Origin: the human T2T-CHM13v2.0 reference genome, Homo sapiens
DNA length: 64,000 bases
Assembly (NCBI RefSeq): GCF_009914755.1
Contig: NC_060925.1
Strand: one strand, 5' to 3'
Part shown: one piece after another, positions 1-20,583 of the stretch
Layout of the letters: every line of letters starts with the position of its first letter
Position numbering within the stretch: position 1 is the stretch's first letter
Translations under genes and position numbers: made by a program
Notes under the pieces: model-generated
Seen by the model: the letters and a program-made list of their open reading frames with translations, nothing else
Told to the model about the DNA's origin: nothing
Databases searched by the model: none

Positions 1-1280
1 AAAAAAATGTTAACTTTGTATCCTGTAACCTTGCTGTAATTGCTTATTATAGTTCCAGGAGTTTTTCGGTCAATTCTTTTTGGATTGTCTACATAGATGA
101 TCATGTCATCTGCAAACAAAGACAGTTTTATTTCCTCCTTTCCAACCTGTATACTTTTTTTTCCCAATCTTATTGTGTTAGCTAGGATTTCCAGTACAAT
201 GTTGAAAAGCAGTGGTAGGAGGGGACATCCTTGCCTTGTTCCTGATCTTAGTGGGAAAGCTTTATTGTTTTTTACCATTAAGTATGATGTTAGTTGTAGA
301 TTTTTTAAAAATCAAGGTGAGAAATTTCCTGTCTATTCCTAGTTTGCAGAGAGTTTTTGTATTTAAAATCATTAATGGGTGTTAGATTTTGTCAAATGCC
401 TTTTCCACATTCATTGATATGTGGAAAAATCATATGATTTTTCTTCTTTAGCCTGTTAATGTGATGGATTACATTAACTGATTTTCAAATGTTGAATCAG
501 CTTTACATAGCTGGGACAAATCCCACTTGGTTGTGATGTGTAATTCTTTTTATATATTCTTGAATTCAATTTGCTAATACTTTCGTTGAGAATTTTCACA
601 TCTATGTTCATGAGAGATATTGGTCTGTAGTTTTCTTGTAATGTCTTTGTCTGGTTTTGGTATTAGAGTAATGCTGGTCTCATAAAATGAGTTAGTAAGT
701 CTTTCACTTGCTTCTATCTTCTGAAAGACATTATAGATAATTGTGTAATATTTTCCTTAAATTTTTGGTAGAATTCAGTGAACCTATCTGTGCCTGGTGC
801 TATATGTTTTGGAATGTTGTTAATTGTTGATTGAATTTCTTTGATAGATATAGGCCCATTAAGACTGCCTATTTATCTTATGTAAGCTTTGGAAGATTGT
901 GTCTTTCAAGGAGTTCGTCCATTTTATCTAGGTTGTCAAATAGGTGAGCATAGATTGTTCATCATGCTCCTTGATTATCCTTTTAATGTCTGTGAGATCC
1001 GTAGTGATGATGTCCCCTCTTTCATTTCTGATATTAGTAATTCGTGTCCTTCTGTTTTTTCTTAGTTAACCTGGCTTGAGGCTTATTGATTTTATTGATC
1101 TAAAGAAAACCTATCAGCTTTCGGTTTAATGATTTTCTCCATTGTTTTTCTATTTTTAATTTTATTGATTTCTGCACTGGTTTTTATTATTTCATTTTTT
1201 TCTGCTTACTTTGAATTTAATTTGCTGTGCTTTTTCTAGTTTCCTAGAGTGAAAGCCTAGATGATTGACTGAAGGTCTTC

Positions 1281-1588
<308 letters not shown>

Positions 1589-1799
1589 TAGGTCTTTCTT
1601 TTTTTCTAATGTATGCATTTTATATATATTTCCATCTAATTATTGCTTTTGCTGCATCCCCCAAATTTTGAAACATTGTATTTTCATTGAGTTCAAAATA
1701 GTTTTAAATTTCTCTTGCAAGTTATTCTTTGACCTATGTATTATTTAGAACTTCGTTGTTTAATTTCCAAGTATTTTGGAATTTTCCAGCTATCTTTCT

Positions 1800-1935
1800 T
1801 TTTTCTTTTTTAAAAAATTGAGATGAGGTTTCACCATGTTTCCCAGGCTGGTCTCGGACTCCTGAACGCAGGCCATCCACCTGATTTCAGCCTTACAAAG
1901 TGCTGGGATTACAGGTGTGAGCCACCACGCCTGGC
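1800..1935 (-). mobile_element. Alu left-arm monomer (FLAM-like or truncated Alu)
   Basis: gagatgaggtttcaccatg...gagccaccacgcctggc, flanked by a ~20-bp direct repeat gaattttccagctatctttct (~1779 and ~1938). Confidence 0.85.
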
Positions 1936-2599
1936 AGGAATTTTCCAGCTATCTTTCTGTTTCTGATTTCTAGTTGTAACTCCACTGTGGTCTGAAAGCA
2001 GACACTGTATGATTTCTATTCATTTACATCTGTGAAGGTATGTTTTAGGGTCCAGAATATGGCCAATTTGGTAAGTGTTTCCTGTTAGCTTGAGAAGAAT
2101 GTATGGTGTTGAATGAAGTAATTTATAAATGTCAATTATATCCAGTTGATTGATGGTGCTATTGAGTTCAGCTATTTCCTTACTGATTTTCTGCAGGCTG
2201 TATCTGCCCATTCTGATTGAGGAGTGTTAATGTTTTCAATTTTAATACTGGATTAATCTTTTGCCTTGAAGTTCTATCTGTTTTTGCTTCACATATTTTG
2301 ATACTCTGTTGTTAGGCACACACACATTAAGCATTGGTATGTTTTCTTGGAGTATTGATCCCTTAACCATTTGGTAATGCTTCTCTTTATTCTTGACAAC
2401 TGTCTTTGCTCTGAAATTAATGTAGCTACTCTTCTTTCTTTCGATTATTATTAGCATGGTATATCTTTCTTTATCTCTTTCAATCTGTATGTGCCTTTAT
2501 ATTTAAAGTGGGTTTCTTTTAAACAACATATAGCCAGGTTTTGTTTTTTTAGATCATTCTGGCAATCTGTCTTTTCATTGATGTATTTAGATCATTGAT

Positions 2600-2908
<309 letters not shown>

Positions 2909-3734
2909 AGATCATTGATGTTTAAAGAAATTATTGGTATTTGGATTAATATCTACCTTATTTAATACTGTTTTTTATTTGTTGCTCTTATTCTTTGTTT
3001 CTATTTTTGCCTTCCACACTTTTTCAACCTTTTATATTTTTTATTGAGCAATCTGTATGATTGTATTTTTCTGTCCTTTCTTAGCACATCAGTTCTACTT
3101 CTTTTTAAACATTTTTCAGTGATTGTCTTAGAGTTTGTAATATTCATTTATAACTAATCTAAGTACACTTTCAAATAACACTATACGGCTTCAGGTAGTA
3201 CAAGTACTATATAATAACAAAATATTTCTACTCTCTCATCTTTTGTATCATTGCTGTGATTTATTTTACTTACATGCTTATATATATGTGTGTGTGTGTG
3301 TCTGTGTGTAATTAAATGCATTGTTGCTAATATCCTTTTAAACAGTCATCTGTTAGATCAATTACGAATAAAAAAATAAAAGTTTTTATTTTACCCTTTA
3401 CGTATTCATTCTCAAATGCTCTTCCTTTCTTTATATAAATCCAAGTTTCTGAGCTATATCATTTTCATTCTCTTTGAAGAACTTTTAAAAATATTACTTG
3501 CAGGTCAGGCTTACTGACAACAAATTCTCTCAATTTTTGCCTGTCTGAGGAAGTATTTCTCTTTCACTTCTGAACGTTAATTTCACAGGGTGTGGAATTC
3601 TAGGTTGATGAGTTTTTTTCTATCAACACTTTAAATTTTTTCTTCCACTCTCTTCTTGCTTGCATTGTTTTTGAGAAATCATGTGTAATTTTTATCTTTA
3701 CTTCTGTGTTCATAAGGTGTTTAATGATTTATTT

Positions 3735-3884
3735 TTAATTTAATTTAATTTAATTTTTTAAGAGATAGTGTCTCCCTATATTGCCCAGGCTTGTCTGGAA
3801 CTCCTGGCCTCAAGCAATTCTACCACCTCAGCCTCCCAAAGTGTTCAGATTACAGGCATGAGCCATGAGCCACCACACCTGGCT
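3735..3884 (-). mobile_element. Alu monomer (FLAM_C/AluJ left arm)
   Basis: (taatt)n tail, then agagatagtgtctccctatattgcccaggc...gagccaccacacctggc. Confidence 0.85.
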
Positions 3885-3921
3885 GCGATTTTTTCTTTAT
3901 GTTTAATTTTTTGAAATTTGA

Positions 3922-4710
<789 letters not shown>

Positions 4711-4947
4711 TAGTCCATAGTCCATAGAAGCATTAAATTTCTGGTCTGGTAATTCTAGCGTTTCTACCATATGCGATTCTGTCCAGATATGCTTGTTCAG
4801 TCTCTTCAGATCTTTAAACTGTGTTTTTTGTCTTTTAGTTTGCCTTATAATTTTTGGTTAAAAGGTACACATGATGTACTGGGTAAAAAGAACTGCAGTA
4901 AATAGGCCTTTAGTAATGTAGTGGTAAGGTGTAGGAAGAAGGGGAAG

Positions 4948-5320
4948 TGTATTAGTTCATTTTCATACTGCTATGAAGAAATACCTGAGACTGCGTAATT
5001 TATAAATAAAAAGAGGTTTAATGCACTCACAATTCCACATGGCTGGGGAGGCCTCACAATCATGGCAGAAGGTGAAGGAGAAACAAAGGCACATCTTACA
5101 TGGCAGCAGGCAAGAGAGAAGTGGCGAGAAAAAGGGGGAAAAACCCCTTATAAAATCATCAGATCTCATGAGAACTCACTCACTGTCATGAGAACAGCAG
5201 CATGGGGGTAACCACCCCTATGATTCAAGTACCTCTCACCGGGTCCCTCTTATGACGTAGGGATTATGGGAGCTACAATTCAAGGTGAGATTTGGGTGGG
5301 GACACAGCCAAACCATATCA
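4948..5320 (-). mobile_element. THE1-type MaLR solo LTR
   Basis: tgtattagttcattttcatactgct...gacacagccaaaccatatca, with TG..CA termini and near-TSD ggaag/gggag. Confidence 0.9.
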
Positions 5321-6173
5321 GGGAGCATTCTGTGGTCTTATGAGTAGGTCTCAGTCTTTTGGTGAGCTTATGCCCCTGAATTGTGAACTTCATCACTGTT
5401 TCTCTGTCCCTATCTCTCTCCATCTCCCCACTCCCACTCCCACACTTTACATGGGAAGGAATGACTTAGAAGGGGTTGGAATTGGGTATTTCTTTTCTTC
5501 CATGTGGAAAGCTAGAGGGAGCTGGGTTGGCTATTTCCCTTTCCCCAGCTTGATCAGGCTCTGATCAAACCCCAGTAGGCTCTGGTAAAATGGTTTCTTC
5601 TGAGGCCAGGCTTTCTTAAGAACAGAATGCTCTGGCACATTTCAAAATTGGTTTTATTTTGTGTCCCCCTGCTGGAATCATAAGGGAATTTTTCTCTGAT
5701 ATTTGCTGTCAGGTAGAGCTCCTGGATGTAAAACGCATAAAAGTGTGGAAGCCCCCATATGACTGGGTCTCTCTGGAGTTTTAAACTTACAGTTGTCTTC
5801 ACTGAGCCTCTAGCAATCCATTAATTACAGTTCAGGTTTTCCTATCCTAGCACTTGTTCCTGTGGAGGTTTTTGCCTGGGAGTTTATGTTCTGATAAGTT
5901 GTGATTCTCAGTATCTGCCTGTCTCTCTGATATTTGGGGCAGTGGTTTGTCCTATAACTCTACTTTTCTGATGGTTCTAAGAAGAGTTGTTGATTTTTCA
6001 GTCTGTTCCAGTTTTTACGTGATGTTAGGATGGAGTAGCAACTTCCAAGCTCCTTACATGCTGAACCAGTTTATTCCTTTTTAATGCTGAATAATATTCC
6101 ATCGTATGGATATACTACAATTTGTTTATTCATCTGTTGGTGGACATTTGAATTGTTTCTAGTGTTGGGCTAT

Positions 6174-6550
6174 CGTATTAGTCCATTTTCATACTTCTGT
6201 AAGAACTGCCCAAGACTGGTAATTTATAAAGGAAAGAGGTTTAATTGACTCTCAGTTCTGCATGGCTGGGGAGACTTCAGGAAATTTATGATTATGGCAG
6301 AAGAGGAAGGGGAAGCAAGGTACCTTCTTCACAAGGTGGCTGGAAGGAGAAGTGCTGAGTGAAGGAGGAAGAGCCCCTTATAAAACCATCAGATCTTGTG
6401 AGAATTCACCCACTATCATGAGAACAGCATGGGCAAAACTGCCCCCATGATTCAGTTACCTCCACCTGGTCTCTCCCTTGACATGTAGAAATTATGGGGA
6501 TTACAATTCAAGATGAGATTTGGGTGGAGACACAAAGCCTAACCATATTA
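6174..6550 (-). mobile_element. THE1D/MSTA-type MaLR solo LTR inside an old L1 3'-end fragment
   Basis: gtattagtccattttcatacttctgtaagaactgcccaagactgg...cctaaccatatta. Flanks (6070-6173, 6551-6780) read as an L1M 3' end. Confidence 0.85.
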
Positions 6551-7162
6551 TGAAAAAAGCCACTCTGAACATTCATGTTTAAGTCTTTGTGTGAACATAT
6601 GTTCCACTTTTCTTGCATGTATACCCAATAGTGGAATTGCTAAGTTTTATGATAAATAAATTTCAACTTTCTAAGAACTGCCAAACTGTTTTCCACAGTG
6701 ATTTACCATTGTACATTCCCACTAGCAATTTATGAGCATTCCAGTTGCTCCACATCCTTGCCAACACTTGGTATTGTCAGTGAAAGGAAGCATTTACTAT
6801 ATCAATTTAGAAAGACTAGTTTCTTCTAAGCTTGCCATTTGACAGAAAGGGAATGAAGAGTGGATGGGACTCTGTAGTTTCTTCATTTGGATAGCTAATG
6901 CCCCATAAATCTCCAAAGATACCACATTTATCAAGAAATTTGATATTTAAATTATCACCATTTTCAGCTTCTCTTGTCCCAATTTCTTCCAAATGGAGCT
7001 AAACTCAGTTCAATCTGGTTTTCCAATTAGGTAGAGTATATGGAAGCTGAGAGGAAGTATTATGGCTGTAGACTCAGTAGGGCATATGGTGAGCTCTGAA
7101 AATCCTCCAAGTGGTTGCTGTTGAGAAATTCATTGTCGGTCTAGTTGTTTCATTATAGATAA

Positions 7163-7507
<345 letters not shown>

Positions 7508-8164
7508 CTTACCTTTGATATTTTAATTTCACTATGATGTGTTTAGGTATGGATTTATCCTGCTTAAAACCCAAATTTCATGATTCTTATTTTTCATTAA
7601 TTCAGAAAAATAGTCATTATTTTCTGAGTCTTATTTTCTCAACAGAGAAATGTTTCTCTGTTCTCAACAGATAAAAATATTTCTCTCTTTTCCCATCTTT
7701 TGGAACATAGATTTGGTATATGTTGAACATTTTCATTTATTCTATGTGATTCTTCATTTCTCTTTTGCAGTGGCTATAAAAATTATCATTCATTTTTCAA
7801 TGCTGCATTCTAGTTAATTTCTCCGGATCAGTCATCTAGTTCTCCACTTCTTTCTACAGGTCTTTAATCTGCTATTTAACCTACTTAAGGGGTTTTAAAA
7901 ATCCAGTGCTTATGTTTATCATTTCTACATGCTTTAGGGATTTTGGTCTTTAATTAATTTAAATGTTCTTATAGACTATAACAAACAATTCTATTTTCTA
8001 AAGTTCTTGGGAGTCTAACTCTGCTTTTTGTTATTTCTACCTACTCTTGCTTACCTGGATTGCTTTTTGAGTGTGGTAAAATTTTATTTAGTAAGTCATA
8101 CTTGGTGGGGATCCTGTGTGGCTTACATTCATGGGATGTCTTTCTAGAGCAATGTTTCCATTTT

Positions 8165-8312
8165 CTTCTTCAACTTTTATTTTAAATTCTGGGGTACGTA
8201 TGCAGGATGTGCATGTTTGTTACATAGGTAAACATGTGCCATGGTAGTTTGCTGCACAGATCATCCCATCACCTAGGTATTAAGCCCAGCATCCATTAGC
8301 TATTCTTCCTGG
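8165..8312 (-). mobile_element. Short L1P 3'-end fragment
   Basis: caacttttattttaaattctggggtacgtatgcaggatgtgcatgtttgttacataggtaaacatgtgccatgg... Confidence 0.8.
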
Positions 8313-8334
8313 TGTAGAGCAGTGTTTTTTAATT

Positions 8335-8482
8335 TTCCTGCATATTAGATTAATCTACTGAGCCTTTAAATATCAAGATGCCAGGTTGAAGCTCAGACCA
8401 GTTAACTCAGATACTGTGAGTATGAGACTGAAGCATCAGTGTTTTTAAAACCTCACAGTCAAGATTGAGAACCATTGCTCTA
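8335..8482. mobile_element. MER5-type hAT MITE
   Basis: Ends in caagattgagaaccattgctctag and contains MER5A-like gcatcagtgtttttaaaa. Confidence 0.55.
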
Positions 8483-10599
8483 GAGAAAATTTGCCTTTGA
8501 TTTTTACAGGCACTGTGAGTGTGTTTTCAGACCTGGACCAGTTTAATATCAGTGTCTCAACTTTGGGTTCCTGAACTATATAGGTAGCATAAATTTGAAA
8601 CTCATGTTTGGGGAACCTTTTTCTTTCTCTCATCAAACATGTAGGCTGAGATAGACAGATTCCTTGTCATCTCTTTGCACTTAGAGAGTAGCCCTTTAGG
8701 GGTCATGGGGGCAAGGAAGGGCTCTGTTCTACTTCATCAGGTTGAGCAAACCCAAGGCTTCATTGTTGATTCCGTATGTCTGTGAAATCCTGAACTTCTT
8801 GATTACCAATATTAACAAATGCCCTCTGTGTGACTTAAATGTCGATGCCAGTGCAGCAGTTCTATGTTTATGTCTTTTTCTGATTTTGGTTCTAAATTCC
8901 TCTTACTTCCGTGAGAGCTCAGCTGTACATTTAGAATCTTTGTTATATTTAACAATTCTCAGTTTTTCTGTGTACTTACATCACACTATTGCTAGAAATA
9001 GAAGTCTTGCTATGATGGCATTCTCTACCTTTGTGGCCATGCCCTACCCTTTGGGATCATCCTCTTTTCCAGATGCCTGCCTAAACCAAGTGTGAACTTG
9101 CTGTGTCTTTAGACATGGTGCATTGGGTTTGCAAGTGTCTATCTGGCAGGCCCCTGGAGCTTGTATGTGTTCCTTCACCCTGCTTGGCTTGGTCTTGGCT
9201 TTGTCTTAATCCATCTGGTCTCTGTTGCCAAGGTCTAGGCATGCTTTGAATTCCAACCTACCTGAATTATGTCAACCTCTATTCTTTTTCTTGTGTTTCC
9301 AAGTCTTTGTCTTCACTCACTTGCTAAACTCAGGTCTGGTTTCAGTTTATTTCCTGGACTCATCTTTCCACAAAGGACTCGCTTTCCCTGATTTGAGGGT
9401 TTGTAGCACAGTTTATAACACCATGGGAGTGAGTCCAGCTCAGGATTCACATTTCTAGGATGCCAAGATGGTCTGAGCAAATAGCTTCTAACTTTATATG
9501 TCATTAAAAAAACACTTGTTACTGAGTATGTAAATTCCAAATACTTTCTATTATATATTGATAACATTTGTACCTATAGTATTAATTGAAGATAAATGCT
9601 GTATCACTGATTTTGTCAGGAAGAAGGATACCCTTTACAGTTGAGGATACACTTTTGTTTTTTTTAAATTTGCTTAATTCATGTATAGCCATCTTCCTGT
9701 GTATCAAATAAAACCAGCTGTGACTGGATTGTGGCTCTTGTAGTCCATGCAACCTTTTTACTCTGAGACCTTGGAAGGAAGCTGAGTTTGGTGGAAAGCA
9801 TCCAGAGAACTCTTGGCAGCCTTGATGGATCATTTACCCCAGTTTGGACTTTTCTATCTCTTTTAGGAAGCTCTGCTGAGATCATTACTGAAACATCAGT
9901 TTTCCTCAGAGAATAACCCCTGGTCTTCTGCCAGTGGAGTTAGCATTTGGTTATGAAGATGGCTTTGAGAATTAAATAAGATACCTGGAGGCAAGAGTGC
10001 ATTATGTACCGGTAGTGAGCCCACAGAAATGATAGGTTGCATGATTGTTGGTGGATAGTGGTCTAATATAATCTTTAATCTTTCATCTATCAATTGCATC
10101 CTTTAGGATTTGTGTTAATGCCCCCCTTTCAATCATTCTGTCTTTATTTAGATTTCTCTTCATATTTTCTGTCTTTTCTTTCTTGGCAGTATCTTCAAAA
10201 GTAATTAGGCGGCTGTCCCAGAAGTTGCCTTTGAAGATTGTTGCAATGTGTATACCTGTCAAAAGGAATTGACCAAACCCTGCTGAAAGCTATTTTACAC
10301 ATCAATTTATGAACCAATCTCAGCTCTTCTGTTCTGAGCTGATCATCCAGAATGATCCAAAAGGAAACCATCAGAGCCAATCATAGTGCCTGGAGTGATT
10401 TTCAGATGCCTTTTTTTCTTCTTTTACTTACACAGGGCACTCGGGAATCTTGCACTCTGGATGAACCCAGTTTACATTTTGGTTGGGATGGGGAAAGTAG
10501 AGCTTTAGACTTTATTTTGAAGGCAAAAACCCTTTTATTTACATAGGAAACATTTCAATTCTATATGGTTTTTTTTTTCTCTTTGTTTTCTTTTCTTCT

Positions 10600-10680
10600 T
10601 TCCCTCTATCCTTCCTTCCTTCCTTCCTTCCATCCTCCCACCCTCCCTCCCTTCTTTCCTTCCTACCTACCAACCTACAT
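10600..10680. repeat. (TTCC)n/(CCCT)n pyrimidine simple repeat
   Basis: Direct reading. Confidence 0.85.
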
Positions 10681-11103
10681 TTTTTTTTCTCTCTTTTGGT
10701 ATCTTGGAACATATCTAAGGCTTTTGGAAAATGGACATTGTTGAAGAAAAAGTGTTATCACTATTACAAAAATATGATTTAGAATAATGGAACCTCAGAT
10801 TTGGAAAGAACCCAAGGATTCCTTTATTTCAGCCATTTAACTAATGCTTAAATTCTTTCCAATCTAGTCACAGCCCATGATGGGATACCTACATCACCTG
10901 CAAGTGTTGGGAAACTTCTGTGTCCTGCAGTATCCCTTACAATTTTGAACAGCTCTGGCTGTTATTTAGTTACTGTTTATGTTGAGCTAAAATATACTCT
11001 CCTGTAATGCCTATCCTCTGCTCTTTAGTTTCTTTTTTGGGGACCATAAAGAGCAGTATTTTTAAAATTTCAGGCTGAAATTCAGGGTTGTGAAATAATT
11101 TTA

Positions 11104-11445
<342 letters not shown>

Positions 11446-11951
11446 GGAGAAGAAGAACAAATAGAACAGAATGAGAGTAGAACAAAATAGAAAATATCAG
11501 AGTATATCACAAGTAGTAAAGTTTTCATGAAACCTTTGTCTTGATTTTATGTTTATTTAATTATATAATTAACTATGTATGTGCACTGTATCTCAATGGT
11601 CAAAAGAGTTTGAAAGCTGCTGAATAGAACATGTCTCACTTTTCTTCCCTATGCCACCCACATAGTTGAGCCATTCTCATGCCCCATCAAGTCTTTTCTT
11701 CCCTACACGAAGCATTTCCATTTCTTTCCACTCATCCATATGTATCACAGTCTCACATTTCCTTGCCACACTGAACACAGTTCAATGAATCTAGTTTGTA
11801 TGAAAAATTGGGACCTGGAATCAAAAACAATGTCCCTAGCTATGTTCTAACTGAAACAGGGGCAAGTAGAACTACCCTGTTCTTGGTTAGCAGAATGCAC
11901 TTCACTGCATTTTAATGCAGCCTGAAGTGATTAGATCGATGAGGATGTGTC

Positions 11952-12039
11952 ACAGAGACTCCAGAGCCAGAGGCCCCTGGGCTGTGTCTCATAGTGATGA
12001 AATACACAGCCCAGGGGCCTCTGGCTTTGGAGTCTCTGT
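11952..12039. repeat. 36-bp inverted repeat (1 mismatch) with 16-nt loop; pre-miRNA-sized hairpin
   Basis: acagagactccagagccagaggcccctgggctgtgt (11952-11987) versus acacagcccaggggcctctggctttggagtctctgt (12004-12039). Confidence 0.95.
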
Positions 12040-12240
12040 TTAGTCAGTGTAAGCCTGCAGATAAGCTGAAGAGTAACCAAGGGCAAGTTACTTCTCTATG
12101 CCTCAATTTCCTCATCTGTAATATAAGCATATTTCAAATTTGCAGTATTTTATAATATTTTTGGATTTTTTTTGTGAGTATTAAATGAGTTAATACATGT
12201 AAAGGACAGAAAAGGGCATATAATAAGCACTTAGCAATCC
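12020..12240 (+). mobile_element. MIR SINE
   Basis: gggcaagttacttctctatgcctcaatttcctcatctgtaaa core; attaaatgagttaatacatgtaaag. Confidence 0.75.
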
Positions 12241-13877
12241 CAAATATTTTTAAAGCAATATCAGCAAATTATTGATTCATTGAACATTTCATCAACTCAG
12301 ACATGTAGAGCTTTCAGCATGTGTATAAATAGTGTGATTATATGTCCCATTGTGCCCAGGGTAGCCCTAGTTTTTACCTATTGTCCTGGCATAATTAATG
12401 GTATCCCCTTTCATTCTCAAAGGCTCCAACAGAACCTCAGATTTGCTTATTCCAAATCGTATTTTTGCAGTAGGAATTAATATTTTCCTCAGTTGTGTGC
12501 CATCCTAGATAAAAGCCACAACTTCTCTCACTAAATATTTAATCAATTTTGGATTTACTTGGAAGATGGGATCTCTCTCTCTTTTTTTTTCTACTGAAGT
12601 TTCACCTGAGCCCGCTGCCCATTGCTATACCTCCTTTCCTTGCCAAGTGGCAGAAGTTAGCTTCAGACTAGAAACTCCAAAGGGGAGGCTGTCCCCCTTG
12701 GGCCCAATTACCTGGGTTTAATTTGCCCATCATTCTGTTCTGTGAAGACCTTTTGGATTCTGATTCTGTCATTCAGGATATTTACTAATCCTCAATTTCA
12801 TGTTATTTTCAAGTCCTTTTTCCTAGGGAGCTGACATCCCTTAAAGGTTGCTTTATGTCTTAATCCAAGTAAGCTGAGGTTACCCAATGGGGTTTTCCAG
12901 AGAGGGTTTATATAAAGCCCTGTGGAAGTGTTAATGGTTGCTATGTATTGAACCTTTATTATGTGCAAACAAACTGCACAGTATCCCTCAAATTAGGGGT
13001 GTTGTGAACATTTTACACATGTATATTCCCTGGTCAATGTCACATCACCATGAGTTAGGTGTTATCTCCATTTTAGGGGTGAGGGAAGCAAGGTTGTCAC
13101 GTAGGTAGTGAGGCGGAGAGCTGGGACTTGAATCCAGTCTGTGTGGTGAGGATACCTGGAGAACAGGGCACCCTCAGAATGAAGGTCTGAACAGAGGTTC
13201 TTGATAACATAGCCTTTAAACTGGAAGGCTTTTTTTCTGATGTGATAAAATTATACTTCCATATGTAATTCATCATTCTGTTGAGGTCTCATAGTCCTTA
13301 TTTAAAATATCAATTATTTCCATAAAGATGAAACTATTAAAGCAGATGTGGATGAGGTGGAACTTTGGGGGTTGGAGGATTAATAATTTGAGGGACACTG
13401 TGCAGTTTTTTTTCTTGTAAAACATCTATAATGTCTATTTGCTTTTCCTCATACGAATGAAAGAATATGTGCACCTGTGTGTAACCTCCTAGGCAATGAA
13501 ACAGTTGGCTTTCTGTGGAATAGATTGGTGCACCAAAGACCAAAGTGCCTTCCTTTGAATTATTTTCCCACTTTCCATAGATTTATATTCTTCCCTATCA
13601 TGATACCATAATCAGTGAGTTTTTTATTGATTTATATCAGACTTACTTCCAAAGAGAACTTGAGTTTATATCACTTTTTGTTGATGTATCAGCAACGTTA
13701 AAAATATTACTTCTGTATTACTAACATAGTCTATTACTAAAAAGTAGGCACTATAATGGAATATGTGAATGAATTGGTGAATGGCCAACACATATTAACT
13801 TTAAGAATGTTTCTCTCTCACTTGTGTTTTGTTGTTGGTGAGTTGAGCTACTTTGTCTCTTTTTTTTTGACACCAAG

Positions 13878-13952
13878 ATTTTTTTTTTTTCCCTGAGACA
13901 GGGTCTTCCTCTGTCGCCAGGCTGGAGTGCAGTGGTGTGATTATGGCTCACT
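13878..13952 (-). mobile_element. Heavily 5'-truncated Alu fragment
   Basis: Poly-T, then ccctgagacagggtcttcctctgtcgccaggctggagtgcagtgg...ggctcac. Confidence 0.85.
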
Positions 13953-14514
13953 TAAGTGCAAGATTCTTCTAAGCAAGATTTCTTTTTTTAAAAAAGTTGT
14001 GATGTTTGAAAGAATGAGTCTATTTCCTAAGGCTTTGGCTTTTGGAGAGGTCTGGTTAGCTTCTTTGAAGATCCAGTCTCACACTGACTGGTTACCTGCA
14101 TGACAGAAGGGGTAGAAAACAGCCTTTCCAAGGATGAGACAAAGACCTCTTAACTGTCACTGTTAGTCCCCTTTTACAAGCCCAAAATAGTTACTGAAGC
14201 CGCTAGGGCTGGGCATTTGCCATATTAACACCTCCAGCTTTTAAGTGGAAAGACTAGGAGACGTGAGTACCAAAGTGGATGGAAGAGCATTTATATATAG
14301 GTCCTAAGCATATCAGAGGGAGGAAAGGCTAAGCCCATCATTTGTTCCTGGCTCCTCCTGCTGATGCCTTTGAGATGTGAGGGTCAGGTTGCTTCAGCAG
14401 AGCCTAAAACTTAGTCTTTCCCTTGTAGAACCTTTTAAATTTCTACCTAAGTTATAATTCACATCCGAAAGCACACCAGTCTTTGATTTAAGTATTTTTA
14501 TATTTACATTTATT

Positions 14515-20318
<5,804 letters not shown>

Positions 20319-20564
20319 TATTTACATTTATTTTTATATGTAGTTATATATTTAAAACTTTATCTTGACCACTTGATTTAGAGTAATGGAAATTGGAGAA
20401 ATGTATACAGTACAGAACATTCTACATTGGCTTTTTTTTTCCTATTTAAAATGCTTAAACGTTCTTTAACTCAAGAACTTTAATTTTGCTAATAACAAAG
20501 ATTCTTAAGCTTAGTGTGAAACATGGAAAGGAAACGCCAGCAGCCTGGTTATGAATAGGATCAG

Positions 20565-20583
20565 CAGTGCCATCTTGTGGTAA
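20565..20583 (-). promoter_or_regulatory. Candidate CTCF motif
   Basis: Minus strand reads ccacaagatggcactg, close to the CTCF core CCASYAGRKGGCRS. Motif only. Confidence 0.4.

Noticed and set aside
10160-10420. Polypyrimidine tract plus CAG at ~10187-10189 as a coding-exon acceptor
   Set aside because: All three frames stop soon after and no protein similarity is recognisable. A non-coding or micro-exon cannot be excluded.
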